A stretch of DNA of 63,491 nt from Hydrogenimonas sp. (lineage in GTDB: Bacteria; Campylobacterota; Campylobacteria; Campylobacterales; Hydrogenimonadaceae): positions 1-63,491 of the forward strand of contig NZ_JAOZPV010000003.1 of assembly GCF_029932565.1 (NCBI RefSeq). Direction: 5' to 3'. Both the position numbers and the translations under genes were made by a program. Below, one piece after another: positions 50,655 to 60,550 of the stretch. The first letter of the stretch is position 1. Each line of letters opens with the position of its first letter. The notes beneath the pieces were generated by a model. It did no database searches and was not told the origin of the DNA. It worked only from the letters and a program-made list of their open reading frames with translations.

Positions 50655-51637
50655 CCCCTCTCCTTTCCTCTCACTGTACGTTCACGCCGGGGGAGCGACG
50701 TGCCCGAGAGCAGAAAGAGGAGTGTCGCCGCAGCCAACGGATAGTAAAAAAGCTCTTCGCGGTCGTGTATGACGCTCTCTTTGCTCTCTTCGGGTGTCAG
50801 ACGGCGGCGTATCTCTTCGGCCAGGCGCGCCATATCCCCTTTGCCGAGTGAAAAGCGCATGTAAACACCTCCCGTCTTCTCGGCCAGTGCCGCCACAGCA
50901 GGGTTGAGACGGGTGACGACCACATTCCCGTTCCGGTCACGCACGACACCGCCGTCCAGTTTCATGACACCCCCCTTTTCGGTTGCAACGGCGTAAACGA
51001 AAACCCTGATACCGCGGCTTTTGGCATAGGCAATCTCCTCGGAAAAATTCTTTTTGTCGCCGCCATCGGTCAAGAGCAGCAACGCCTTCTCTTTTTTCTC
51101 TTTGAGCAGATTCTCGGTCACCTCCAGCGGCGCCATCATGTCGGTTCCTTTGAGGGTGACGTAGTCGAATCCCATCTGCTTCACCAGATATTTCAGCGAC
51201 GCGTAGTCACGTGTCATGGGGGCGATCAGAAAAGCGCGGGAACTGAAACCGATGACACCCACCCTCGTCTGCTTCAGGTCGTCCAGAAGATCGAAAAATT
51301 TCCGTTTCGCCAGTTCAAAGCGGTTCGGATAGATATCATTCGCGAACATGGATCGGGAGATGTCGAATGCGACCACCAGATCGACATTCTGTTCCCTGAC
51401 CTTTATCTCACCGCGGTCGATGACAGGCCGCGCCAGCGCCACAATACCCAGTGCCATCGCCAGCAGCAGAAGCGCACGCCGCGTCCGTCGGCTCACTCCT
51501 CCGCCGGATGTGACCATCTTTTTGTAGAGATCCGGTGCAAATTTCCTGCGCAAGGCATCGCCTCCTTTGGAAGTAAGCAGCCAGAGTGCCGGCAAAAGAA
51601 GCAAAAGAAGCAACGCTTCGGGATGGAGCAGAGTCAT
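50651..51637 (-). CDS. VWA-domain protein, BatB-like
   Basis: ALARP, MIDAS DISRSM, P.T.D, LTDG. Confidence 0.87.
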   Translation of the reverse strand: MTLLHPEALLLLLLLPALWLLTSKGGDALRRKFAPDLYKKMVTSGGGVSRRTRRALLLLAMALGIVALARPVIDRGEIKVREQNVDLVVAFDISRSMFANDIYPNRFELAKRKFFDLLDDLKQTRVGVIGFSSRAFLIAPMTRDYASLKYLVKQMGFDYVTLKGTDMMAPLEVTENLLKEKKEKALLLLTDGGDKKNFSEEIAYAKSRGIRVFVYAVATEKGGVMKLDGGVVRDRNGNVVVTRLNPAVAALAEKTGGVYMRFSLGKGDMARLAEEIRRRLTPEESKESVIHDREELFYYPLAAATLLFLLSGTSLPRRERTVRGKERG

Positions 51638-52542
51638 GCCGCACCTACCCGCCGGCGGCGTGCCGTACCTTCGAAAGCCAACAGAAGCATCAGCGCCAGC
51701 GCCCCCGACAGAGGCCAGGCGAAGTAGTAGCTCTTCCTGATATACCTGTTCCCTTTGATTTCGCTTTTTTCCAGCCGGTCAATGGTTTGGTACACCTCCT
51801 TGAGCTTCTGCACCGAATCAGCCTCGTAAAATTTGCCATCTGTCTCCTCGGCCATCTTTTTCAGCACATAGGGATTGTAATCGCCCGGTTGCCCCACACC
51901 GATCGTGTAGACCCTGATACCGTACTTTTTCGCGGTATTGATTGCCACCTCCAGAGGCACCGTGCCGGCATTGTCGACACCGTCGGTGAGCAAAATGGCG
52001 ATTTTGTGCCTGGCATGAGAGTGTTTGAACAGCTTCGTACTCATAAAAAGTGCCTCGTAGAGTGCCGTACGACGCGTACCTGCGATCCCCACTTCGATTC
52101 TGTCCAGCAGTCGAAGCAGCGAGTGTTTGTCGTAGGTCAGCGGTACCGCCACGTAGGCGAAATCGGCAAAGATCGTCAGACCGATTTTGTCATGTTTGCG
52201 CTCCTTCACGAACTGGGTCACAATCTCTTTGACGATGTCGAACTTTCCACTCTGCGCCATCGAACCACTCGCATCGAGGATCAGAGATATCTCATACCCC
52301 CTGTCGTGCTGAACCATTGTCTCATTTTCCACCACCGGACTGGCCAACGCCGTCACAAGCAGAGCAAACGCCAGAAATTTCAGCAGTATGGTTGCCGATT
52401 GTCTGCCTCTGCCTATCCGGGCCATCCGGTCGCTGCCCGGAAACCAGATGCTCTCGAATCGCGGTTTGCACCACCTGGCACAAAGAAAGAAAAGGAGCAA
52501 TAGTCCGAAGACCGAAGGATTTTCGAAAACGATCTCACCCAT
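51634..52542 (-). CDS. VWA-domain protein, BatA-like
   Basis: ALASP, DASGSM, PLT.D, LLTDG, YTIGVG. Confidence 0.87.
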   Translation of the reverse strand: MGEIVFENPSVFGLLLLFFLCARWCKPRFESIWFPGSDRMARIGRGRQSATILLKFLAFALLVTALASPVVENETMVQHDRGYEISLILDASGSMAQSGKFDIVKEIVTQFVKERKHDKIGLTIFADFAYVAVPLTYDKHSLLRLLDRIEVGIAGTRRTALYEALFMSTKLFKHSHARHKIAILLTDGVDNAGTVPLEVAINTAKKYGIRVYTIGVGQPGDYNPYVLKKMAEETDGKFYEADSVQKLKEVYQTIDRLEKSEIKGNRYIRKSYYFAWPLSGALALMLLLAFEGTARRRRVGAA

Positions 52543-52945
52543 ACCGCATAGCCTTTTCGATCAGGGTCTGCATCGCCCTCTTTTCGTCACGACCGAGTTT
52601 CGGGACCTCTTTTTTGTATTTGTAACGTTCAAGTTTCGGCTGCAGCGCATCGAATGCGTCGATCAGCTCTTTTCTGTCACCGATGAGCACCGGCAGATAT
52701 TCGTCGAATGTATAGACCGCCTTTTTCGTATCGGAAAAATCGATGGCTCGAAGCATCTCTTTCGCGATACTTTCCGGATCTTTATGTCGGCGTCGGCGTC
52801 GAACGGGCCCTCTTTTCCAAAGATAGAGAAGAGCCGACAGGATAAGCAGTAACAGCAGGAGAAGAGCCAGCAGCTGCCACAGTGAATCGTCGGGTACATC
52901 CACCGGCGGTTTGATATCGCGCAGCTGCTGGAGCATCTCCTTCAC
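52535..52945 (-). CDS. Hypothetical membrane-anchored protein (DUF4381-like)
   Basis: LRDIKPP N-terminal motif, TM helix, basic patch; typical position in moxR-bat operons. Confidence 0.7.
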   Translation of the reverse strand: MKEMLQQLRDIKPPVDVPDDSLWQLLALLLLLLLILSALLYLWKRGPVRRRRRHKDPESIAKEMLRAIDFSDTKKAVYTFDEYLPVLIGDRKELIDAFDALQPKLERYKYKKEVPKLGRDEKRAMQTLIEKAMRYG

Positions 52946-53769
52946 TTCAAAAGCTCCCGTAGTTTGACGAACGGCTCTTCGTCCGTATAGATTTTCGTAT
53001 AACCGATACGATGCTTCAAAAAGTGTTCTCCTATTTTTCTGTCATGGGCGAGCAAATCGTTCCGGTACGCCGATACAAGGCTCCCGTCCATATCGATACG
53101 GTGATGCCTGCCGCTGACGGGATCGACGAGGTCATATTCGCCCGCCATTTCCGGGTTCTCTTCGAAACGGTCGCGCACGACAATGGCATAGACTTCATGT
53201 TTCGCACTGAGGAGAGCCAGGTCGATCTCATCATAGAAATCACCCAGCAACAGTACGATGGAACGCTCCTTCAGGGTATGCAGAAGGAAGTCGGCGAATT
53301 TCTGCATATCCCCTTTGCGTCCCAGCACATCCAGACTCAGCGCGTAGTCGAGCGCGGCATAGACGATGTTGGGGCTCTTCGACGGTTTGAACCACTGGTC
53401 GACAGCGGTATCGAAAAAGATCGAGGTAACCCGGTCGGAATTTTTGAGTGCTGCAAACCCGAGCAGTGCCAAAATTTCCGCCAGCACCTCCTGTTTCTGC
53501 CGAACGGAACCGAAATAGATACTTCCCGAAACAGAAAATCCGATGACGATATTGAGCTCCCGCTCTTCGTTGAAGACATTGAGATAGGGCTTCTGCTGTC
53601 GTGCCGTCACTTTCCAGTTGATTTTGCGGACATCTTCACCATATATGTACTCCTTCAGCTCAGCAAAATCGATCCCGTTGCCCTGGAATGTCGAAATGTT
53701 GTTACCGATATTCTGACCAAACAGACGTCGCCTGGTTTTGATAAGTAGTTCTTTCGCTTTGCTGTTCAT
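52942..53769 (-). CDS. DUF58-domain protein
   Basis: G.G.DFAE.KEY.YGEDVR.INWKVTAR, F.EERE. Confidence 0.9.
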   Translation of the reverse strand: MNSKAKELLIKTRRRLFGQNIGNNISTFQGNGIDFAELKEYIYGEDVRKINWKVTARQQKPYLNVFNEERELNIVIGFSVSGSIYFGSVRQKQEVLAEILALLGFAALKNSDRVTSIFFDTAVDQWFKPSKSPNIVYAALDYALSLDVLGRKGDMQKFADFLLHTLKERSIVLLLGDFYDEIDLALLSAKHEVYAIVVRDRFEENPEMAGEYDLVDPVSGRHHRIDMDGSLVSAYRNDLLAHDRKIGEHFLKHRIGYTKIYTDEEPFVKLRELLK

Positions 53770-53789
53770 ATCAGATTTCCATATTCCGG

Positions 53790-53817
53790 TTCACGATTCA
53801 CGCTTTACGATCCCCGC
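53790..53817 (+). repeat. Degenerate 7-bp tandem repeat between moxR and DUF58
   Basis: ttcacga ttcacgc tttacga tccccgc. Confidence 0.55.
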
Positions 53818-53821
53818 CTTT

Positions 53822-54769
53822 TTACGGTACTCTCACGGCTTTCTGAATCGATTTGACAATATCGTCACTCGTAAGACCGGCCGCTTCGGCTTTGTAGTTG
53901 AGTATGATCCGGTGTCGCAGCACATCGTGCAATACATCGGCGATATCGACCGGCGTGACGTAATCCTTTCCCCGTATCAGTGCGACGGCTCGACTCGCCT
54001 TGTAGAGGTCGATGGAGGCGCGGGGACTCGCTCCGAATTCGATATACTCCGCCATATCAGAAAGACCATACTCCTTCGGATAACGCGACGCGAAAATGAG
54101 TTTAAGCATATATTTTTGGACGGCATCGTCGACATGGATGTCGTGAAGCGCCTTTTGCATCGCGGCGATTTCCGGCTTTCCGGCCACCGGCGCTATCTCG
54201 CCAAACCCTTTCGCCGCGACCCGGCTGACAATCTCGAACTCCTCTTCGATCGAATTGTAGCCGATATTCACCTTCATCATGAAGCGGTCGAGCTGCGCTT
54301 CGGGCAGACGGTAGGTTCCCTCCTGCTCGACGGGATTCTGTGTCGCGAGTACCAGAAACGGACGGTCGACTTTGTAGGTATCCTCGGCGATCGTCACCTG
54401 CTTCTCCTGCATCACCTCGAGCAAAGCGGACTGAACTTTCGCCGGAGCACGGTTGATCTCGTCCGCTAGAAGGAGGTTTGTAAAAACCGGGCCGTGTTTG
54501 ACCTTGAATTCACCGCTTTTCTGGTCGTAAATCTCCGTACCCGTAATGTCGCTGGGCAGCAGGTCAGGCGTAAACTGCACCCGTTTGAATCCCAGTCCCA
54601 ATGCCTGGGCCAGTGCATTGATCGCCGTCGTTTTCGCCAGCCCCGGCACCCCTTCGACAAGCAGATGTCCTTCGCACAGCAGTGCAATCAGCATCGCATC
54701 GACGAGATGCTCATGTCCGACAATGACTTTGCCAACCTCTTTCTTGATCGATTCAATCGCTTGGTTCAT
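53822..54769 (-). CDS. moxR: MoxR-family AAA+ ATPase
   Basis: GVPGLAKT, RVQFTPDLLPSD, DEINRA, ATQNP.EQEGTY.LPEAQLDRF, GASPR. Confidence 0.95.
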   Translation of the reverse strand: MNQAIESIKKEVGKVIVGHEHLVDAMLIALLCEGHLLVEGVPGLAKTTAINALAQALGLGFKRVQFTPDLLPSDITGTEIYDQKSGEFKVKHGPVFTNLLLADEINRAPAKVQSALLEVMQEKQVTIAEDTYKVDRPFLVLATQNPVEQEGTYRLPEAQLDRFMMKVNIGYNSIEEEFEIVSRVAAKGFGEIAPVAGKPEIAAMQKALHDIHVDDAVQKYMLKLIFASRYPKEYGLSDMAEYIEFGASPRASIDLYKASRAVALIRGKDYVTPVDIADVLHDVLRHRIILNYKAEAAGLTSDDIVKSIQKAVRVP

Positions 54770-54861
54770 AGAGATACTCCATGTCTCATTTCTGTAAATT
54801 TTTTGAAAAACATTATAAAACGTTACCTCTAACAGAGGCTAATTGAGAGTAAACGGAAGGT

Positions 54862-54887
54862 AAACATGGACCGCTTGGCCCATGTTT
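54862..54887 (-). terminator. Probable terminator downstream of hxlAB
   Basis: Minus strand aaacatgggcc-aagc-ggtccatgttt followed by a pyrimidine-rich tract. Confidence 0.55.
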
Positions 54888-55033
54888 GTTTCATATACTG
54901 TCTGTTCTTCGCAGAACATGAGCAAACCCCATGTTCTGGCAGGGACCGAACTCTCCTGCAAGACACCACAACGTCGCAAACATACGTTTTCGAGATGATT
55001 TCACACAAATCTCCGTAATTTGCATGAAATCGG

Positions 55034-55582
55034 TTATATATTGACGTGACGCTCTTTCATCGTCTGTTCGCCGATATTGCAGATATGCATGATTTCCGAA
55101 ACAACAGCTTCAAGATACATCAGACTGCTGAGTTCGAACGATGTCCCCAGTGGAATCTTTCGATCTTTCCTCTTCAGCTTCTTGCGTTTCTTTTTATTTC
55201 TGGAATCCATAATGACGGCAAATTCGGCAGTCTCTTTCAATGGTCCGGTTGGATTTGCCGTCACTCCGACGATCGTCGCACCGTGTCCCTTTGCGGTTTT
55301 GGCGGCGTTCAGCACACTGCTGGTCGTTCCCGATGCCGAAATACAGACAAGTATGTCACCTTTCTGAATCGAGGGAGTATTGGTTTCACCCAGAACGAAA
55401 ACCCTGTTACCCAAATGCATCAGGCGCATCGCGAAAAACTTTCCTACCAGACCGCTTCGACCCGCACCGCTGATGAATATTCTTCTGTTTTGAAGAAAAT
55501 ATTTGACAAATGTCTGAAAATCTTCATCATTGGCATTTTGCAAACCGCATTTGACCTGTTTGACAAGATGCTTTGCGATCAT
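55034..55582 (-). CDS. hxlB: 6-phospho-3-hexuloisomerase
   Basis: SIS domain, GAGRSG, FAMRLMHLG, GET.TP, S.SG.T, PLGTSFE, H.NI end; adjacent to HPS. Confidence 0.92.
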   Translation of the reverse strand: MIAKHLVKQVKCGLQNANDEDFQTFVKYFLQNRRIFISGAGRSGLVGKFFAMRLMHLGNRVFVLGETNTPSIQKGDILVCISASGTTSSVLNAAKTAKGHGATIVGVTANPTGPLKETAEFAVIMDSRNKKKRKKLKRKDRKIPLGTSFELSSLMYLEAVVSEIMHICNIGEQTMKERHVNI

Positions 55583-56212
55583 TCATTTGCCTTTGATTTT
55601 TTTCGCTATCGCTTCGGCCGCTTTTTTGGGATTTTTCGCACCGGTGATCGCACCGCCGACGACAATGACCGCCGGTTTCTGCGCCTTGATCTTGTCGATC
55701 GTATCGAGATTGATGCCTCCCGCGACGACGAGTGGGATCTTCACTTTTTTCGAAACACTTTTCAGATCTTCGAGCGGAGACTGTCCGGCATTCTGCTGAT
55801 CGATGCCGGAATGGATTCCGACATAGTCGGCACCGAGCTTTTTCACCTCTTTGGCCAATGCAACCTTGTCGGCCACGTTGATCATATCGACCAACACTTT
55901 TTTTCCGTGTCTCTTTGCACTTTTGATCGCACCCTTGATCGTATTGATATCGGCCACACCGAGAACCGTTACGATATCCGCACCCGCCTCGAAACAGAAA
56001 TCCGCCTCGTACTCTCCGACATCCATCGTCTTGAGATCCACAAGAAGCGTCTTTTCCGGGAAAAGCGCCTTCATCAGTTTGACAAGCCGAATACCTTCAT
56101 GTTTGATCAGGGGTGTTCCAATTTCGATAATATCGATATATTTTTGTGTCTTTTGCGCAAGTACCAGCGCCTCTTCACTCGTCAATACATCGATAGCCAA
56201 CTGTAGTTTCAT
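55583..56212 (-). CDS. hxlA: 3-hexulose-6-phosphate synthase
   Basis: MKLQLAID, EIGTPLIK, DLKTMD.G.YE, H.G.DQQ, AGGI, VGGAIT. Confidence 0.93.
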   Translation of the reverse strand: MKLQLAIDVLTSEEALVLAQKTQKYIDIIEIGTPLIKHEGIRLVKLMKALFPEKTLLVDLKTMDVGEYEADFCFEAGADIVTVLGVADINTIKGAIKSAKRHGKKVLVDMINVADKVALAKEVKKLGADYVGIHSGIDQQNAGQSPLEDLKSVSKKVKIPLVVAGGINLDTIDKIKAQKPAVIVVGGAITGAKNPKKAAEAIAKKIKGK

Positions 56213-56348
56213 TTGCTCTCCTTTTTTATACCGGTATGGTATACATCTACGTATGTAAAAAATCGATCGTCAAGGCCACATCGATCGATTCTGAACTCTC
56301 AATTATACATACACAACATTATAATTCTCTCAATCAGGCTAAATTGGG

Positions 56349-57791
56349 TCAAAAACGTTTCCAGAACGATGATGTAAAGAGAATGAAAACAGTATAACAC
56401 TCCAGACGTCCGATAATCATCCCGATCGAAAGAATCAATTTGTCAATATCACTGAAAAACCCGAAATTTTCAGCTGGACCCACATGGCCGAAACCGGGCC
56501 CTACATTCCCAACGATCGCAAGAGCACCGGAAATCGCCGTCATTTCATCGTAGCCCCGGGCATAGATATAGATACTCATCAGGCCGACTGTAAAAACGAA
56601 GAGAGTAAAAAAGCCAAAGGTCGACGCGAGAATATGCCGTTCCAGTTTGATACCATCGATGAAGACCGATATGAAAGCTTTGGGGTGAAGAATGCGTTTG
56701 AGTTCGGCAAAGAGTGTTTTGAAAATCACGACATAACGAATGACTTTGATGCCGCCCGCTGTCGACCCGGCATTGCCGCCTATCAGCATGGCAAGGAGAA
56801 TGATGGCAACGGCCAGATGGCTCCATGTGGCGTAGTCGATTGTGGCGAATCCCGTCGTCGTCATCACGGATGCGATCGTAAAAAAGGCGTGGGTCGATGC
56901 ATGGAACAGCGAATCCCCGCCAATCTCCATATGCACCGCCGTCAGCATGCCTCCAAGTATCAGAAAGAGCAGAAGATACCATCGCACCTCCTCGCTCCGG
57001 TACCCGCTCGTATCACGGTATAGGAGTTTCAGATGCGCCAGAAAATTGATGCCCGAAACCATCATGAAAAAGGTGGTCACCCAGATGATCCAGGGGCTCT
57101 GGAAATAACCGAGAGAGCTGTTTTTTGTCGAAAAACCGCCGGTAGAAAGTGTTGAAAAGGCGTGATTGACAGCATCGAACCAATTCATCCCAAACAGTTT
57201 CAGAAGCAGCGTATCGACCAGTGTCAAAAGCAGATAGATAGCCCAGAGGCTCAGTGCCGTATCTTTGATTTTCGGTCGCAGTTTCTCGATCTGTATACCG
57301 GTCGCTTCCGCTTTGAAAAGAGAGAGACTTCCCGTCGGGTTGATCACCGACAAAAGTCCGACCCCCAGCACAATGATTCCGACACCGCCAAGCCAATGCA
57401 TCAGGCTCCGGTGAAAAAGAATCATATGGGGTAGATGCTCGATATCGGTGTAGACTGTCGCTCCGGTAGTGGTAAAGCCGCTTATCGCTTCGAAAAAGGC
57501 GGACGAGAATGTTACCGGTGTATAAAGAAAAAGGGGAATGGCTCCCGCCATCCCGATCAACACCCACAGGAGATTGACGACCAGTATACTCTCACGGATC
57601 TTCAGGACAACCGCATGGCGACGCAGCAGGAGAAATATCACGAGATTCAGGCCGATAAACAGCATATCGAATAGCAGAAAAAGGGTGACACTCTCGTGAT
57701 AGATCCATCCGACAAGGATATCGAATCCGAAAAAGAGCCCCAGCGTCATGCCGATGAGACTCAAAACTTTGAAAATGCCTCTATAATCCAT
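56349..57791 (-). CDS. trkH: Trk potassium uptake membrane protein
   Basis: SGFTTTG, STGGF, TTTGF, GSTAGGIK, GNVGPG, GRLE. Confidence 0.94.
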   Translation of the reverse strand: MDYRGIFKVLSLIGMTLGLFFGFDILVGWIYHESVTLFLLFDMLFIGLNLVIFLLLRRHAVVLKIRESILVVNLLWVLIGMAGAIPLFLYTPVTFSSAFFEAISGFTTTGATVYTDIEHLPHMILFHRSLMHWLGGVGIIVLGVGLLSVINPTGSLSLFKAEATGIQIEKLRPKIKDTALSLWAIYLLLTLVDTLLLKLFGMNWFDAVNHAFSTLSTGGFSTKNSSLGYFQSPWIIWVTTFFMMVSGINFLAHLKLLYRDTSGYRSEEVRWYLLLFLILGGMLTAVHMEIGGDSLFHASTHAFFTIASVMTTTGFATIDYATWSHLAVAIILLAMLIGGNAGSTAGGIKVIRYVVIFKTLFAELKRILHPKAFISVFIDGIKLERHILASTFGFFTLFVFTVGLMSIYIYARGYDEMTAISGALAIVGNVGPGFGHVGPAENFGFFSDIDKLILSIGMIIGRLECYTVFILFTSSFWKRF

Positions 57792-59097
57792 AAAACCATA
57801 CTTTCAGTTTCGGCGCGTTCTCATCTGTCGTGAAGCCGACGATGACATCACCCTCCTCTATGGCGACAGGGGCATCGAACGACATCAGCATCTCCTTGCG
57901 AATCAGAAAGAGCTTGATATGCTCCTTTATTTTCGGAGGCTTGATTTCCCGCCCGATCAGATGGGAATTCTGAAAGACTTTCCGAAGAAAAATGGTCGCC
58001 TTGCCGCCGCAGAACCGCCGCTCCATAACCACACTGCTGGAGTAGAGGCTCTCCAGTATCGCATTGTATGCACTCATCTTCGGTCCCCGGACGACAACGA
58101 TGCCGAGCGAATGCATCAGATTGTAGTATTCCCGCTCGTTGTTGACGGCAACCACTTTGTGAATACCGTGTTCCTGTGCTTCGAGACATTTGATGATGTT
58201 GTATTCGTCATTATCGGTTGCCGCGATCATCATGTCGGCATACTCCAGTCCCTCCTCTTCAAAAAGGTCACCGGTACCGTACTTGCAACTCAGTGTCATC
58301 GCTTCACCTTCGAGTTTTTCGTCTGCAAGTTCGCACAGAGTCACATCTTTCTCGATCAGTTTTACCTCTTTGCCGTGTTCAATCAGTTTTCTCGCAATCG
58401 CGATTCCGAGATCTCCCGCACCGAACACCACACACCGTTCTATGGATCGTGGCGTCTCCGTGTCAAACTTCTGGCACAATGAACGGATTTTTGTTTCATC
58501 GCCGAAAAGATAGACCAGATCATGGGGTTCGATGACGATCTCCTCATTCGGTATAAAAAACTGTTTCCCCCTCTCGATTCCCACCACATCGAATCGCTCT
58601 TTTTCCAGTCGTATCGGCTCTTCCAGGCCGGAAGCCCAGACCGATATCAGTTTGAATACCGTGTGCCGGAACGACTTGACATTGTTGGCTTTGGGATATT
58701 TGAGCAGCATGGCAACCGTCTCCGATGTAAGTTCGAGAGGGAACACTGTTTTGGAAATTCCCAGCTTCTCCCGAATCGAACTTTTATCGAAAAATGCATT
58801 GCGAAGGCGCATGACTTTGCGTTTCACGTCGATGGTATCGTCGACAATAAGCGTCGAAATGAGATTCGCCTCGTCCGTATCGGTCACAGCGATAAAGAGA
58901 TCCGCCTCTTTGTCGATCAGTTTCCGATAGGTACGGGGATCTTCGATATCCCCGTGTATCGGAAGAATGTCGAGTGTCTCCTGCAACCTGTGAAGGGCAT
59001 CCGCGTTTCTGTCGATAATCGTCACATTGTGTCCGATTGAGAGGGTTCTTGCAAGATTGAAACCGACACGACCCGCTCCGGCGATGATAATATCCAA
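57781..59097 (-). CDS. trkA: Trk potassium uptake regulatory protein
   Basis: Two RCK_N domains (GAGRVG, GAGDLG); upstream of trkH. Confidence 0.9.
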   Translation of the reverse strand: MDIIIAGAGRVGFNLARTLSIGHNVTIIDRNADALHRLQETLDILPIHGDIEDPRTYRKLIDKEADLFIAVTDTDEANLISTLIVDDTIDVKRKVMRLRNAFFDKSSIREKLGISKTVFPLELTSETVAMLLKYPKANNVKSFRHTVFKLISVWASGLEEPIRLEKERFDVVGIERGKQFFIPNEEIVIEPHDLVYLFGDETKIRSLCQKFDTETPRSIERCVVFGAGDLGIAIARKLIEHGKEVKLIEKDVTLCELADEKLEGEAMTLSCKYGTGDLFEEEGLEYADMMIAATDNDEYNIIKCLEAQEHGIHKVVAVNNEREYYNLMHSLGIVVVRGPKMSAYNAILESLYSSSVVMERRFCGGKATIFLRKVFQNSHLIGREIKPPKIKEHIKLFLIRKEMLMSFDAPVAIEEGDVIVGFTTDENAPKLKVWFYGL

Positions 59098-60525
59098 TTA
59101 CGACTCCTTCCTCTCCTGTTTGATGGCGGAGATTTTTCGTTTCTTTTGCTCCTTGAGCCGTTCCCTGCGCACCCGCAGCCGCTCCTTGATATTGCGTATC
59201 TTGCCTGTCTCCATATCGTGCAGGTCAACATCTGCTTTATCGATCACTTCCCCGACCTTCACTTCGAGCATCTCCGACTTTTTCATTGCCAGGATCTGTG
59301 AGGGAAACACCGAACGGTGACCCGTTATAAGAAAGCTGATGACGGCACTGAGTGCCGCATAATGGGCGATCTCGAGACCAAACAGTTCCACGGCCATGAT
59401 CGTCGCGGCAATCGGTGCGTTGGTCGCTCCGGCCAGCACACTGACAAAACCCAAAGCGGCAAACAGTGTAATATGACTGTCCCCAATCATCTCTCCAAAC
59501 GCCATGCCGCTTGTCGCACCGATATAGAAGAGCGGCGTGATGATCCCTCCGCTGCCCCCTACACCGAGCGTAATGGATGTAAAGATGGTTTTGAGAACAA
59601 ACGCATACCATGGAACATTGGCCGGGATATAGGGATGGGGTGTCAAAACATCTTTGATCGTAGGAAGTCCCAATCCCAGATACCGTTCGCCAAAGACCAA
59701 CGCCAGCAGCAGCAGAACGAGACCGCCGACAAATGCGATGACATAGGGATGGGCAGGAATCTTTTTGATCAACTTCGATGTCCAGTTGACGGAGGAGACG
59801 ATCATATCCGACACGATGCCGAAAAAGATGCCCGCTGCAACGACCTTCAATATGAGTGGCAGATCGAGTGCGACGCTTTGAAAAAAGTGGATATCGAAAT
59901 AGGTGTATTCGATACCGAGAAACTGCGCCGTCGTGAACGCAGCAAATCCGGCGATGAAAGAGGGGAGCAGAACATCGTAAAGAATCACTCCGATAATCAG
60001 CACTTCCACACCGAAAATCGCCCCTGCGATCGGGGTGCCGAAAACCGATGCGAACCCGGCACTGATCCCACAGATCACCAGTTTTTTCCGATCTTCTTTC
60101 GAAAATCGCAGCAGATCGGAAAGCAACGATGCGGCACCGGCACCGATCTGTGCGCCCGGTCCCTCTTTCCCAACCGAACCGCCTGCGAAAAGTGTCAGGA
60201 CCGTTGCGAAAAGTTTGATCGGAATTACCGCTATTTCAATCTTTCCATATTTTTTGTGAACCGCTTCTATGACCTTTTCGGTCCCGTGCCCTTCGGCATT
60301 TGGAGCAAATTTGCGAACCAGAAAGACGGTCAGGAAGAGTGCCACCGGCAACAGATAGTAGTAGGGAAACGGCAGAGTGGCGCGGCTCGTTTCGCCGATG
60401 ATGAGTATCTTCAGAAAGAGTGTGACGACGGCACCGATAACAATACCGACGACAGATGAGAGAACGACCCATTTGGCAACACTCAGAAAAATGGCCGTCT
60501 GTTCGGTGATGTGCTTACGCAGCAT
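59098..60525 (-). CDS. ClC chloride channel/transporter family protein
   Basis: GHGTE, GKEGP (gating Glu), FGTPIAG..F..E, GGIITP, NAPIA. Confidence 0.9.
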   Translation of the reverse strand: MLRKHITEQTAIFLSVAKWVVLSSVVGIVIGAVVTLFLKILIIGETSRATLPFPYYYLLPVALFLTVFLVRKFAPNAEGHGTEKVIEAVHKKYGKIEIAVIPIKLFATVLTLFAGGSVGKEGPGAQIGAGAASLLSDLLRFSKEDRKKLVICGISAGFASVFGTPIAGAIFGVEVLIIGVILYDVLLPSFIAGFAAFTTAQFLGIEYTYFDIHFFQSVALDLPLILKVVAAGIFFGIVSDMIVSSVNWTSKLIKKIPAHPYVIAFVGGLVLLLLALVFGERYLGLGLPTIKDVLTPHPYIPANVPWYAFVLKTIFTSITLGVGGSGGIITPLFYIGATSGMAFGEMIGDSHITLFAALGFVSVLAGATNAPIAATIMAVELFGLEIAHYAALSAVISFLITGHRSVFPSQILAMKKSEMLEVKVGEVIDKADVDLHDMETGKIRNIKERLRVRRERLKEQKKRKISAIKQERKES

Positions 60526-60550
60526 AAATCAACTTTCTCTTTCCACCCAT

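Noticed and set aside
48296-54769. moxR-DUF58-VWA-TPR-BatD cluster as a novel system
   Set aside because: Matches the known, widespread Bat/MoxR operon layout.
54866-55030. Short ORFs (44-50 aa) on either strand in the hxlB-moxR spacer
   Set aside because: No convincing RBS or protein features; the region is better explained by RNA hairpins.
59098-60525. ClC as a fluoride exporter (CLC-F)
   Set aside because: Lacks the GNNLI/GREGT/GEVTP signatures, and no fluoride riboswitch is visible.
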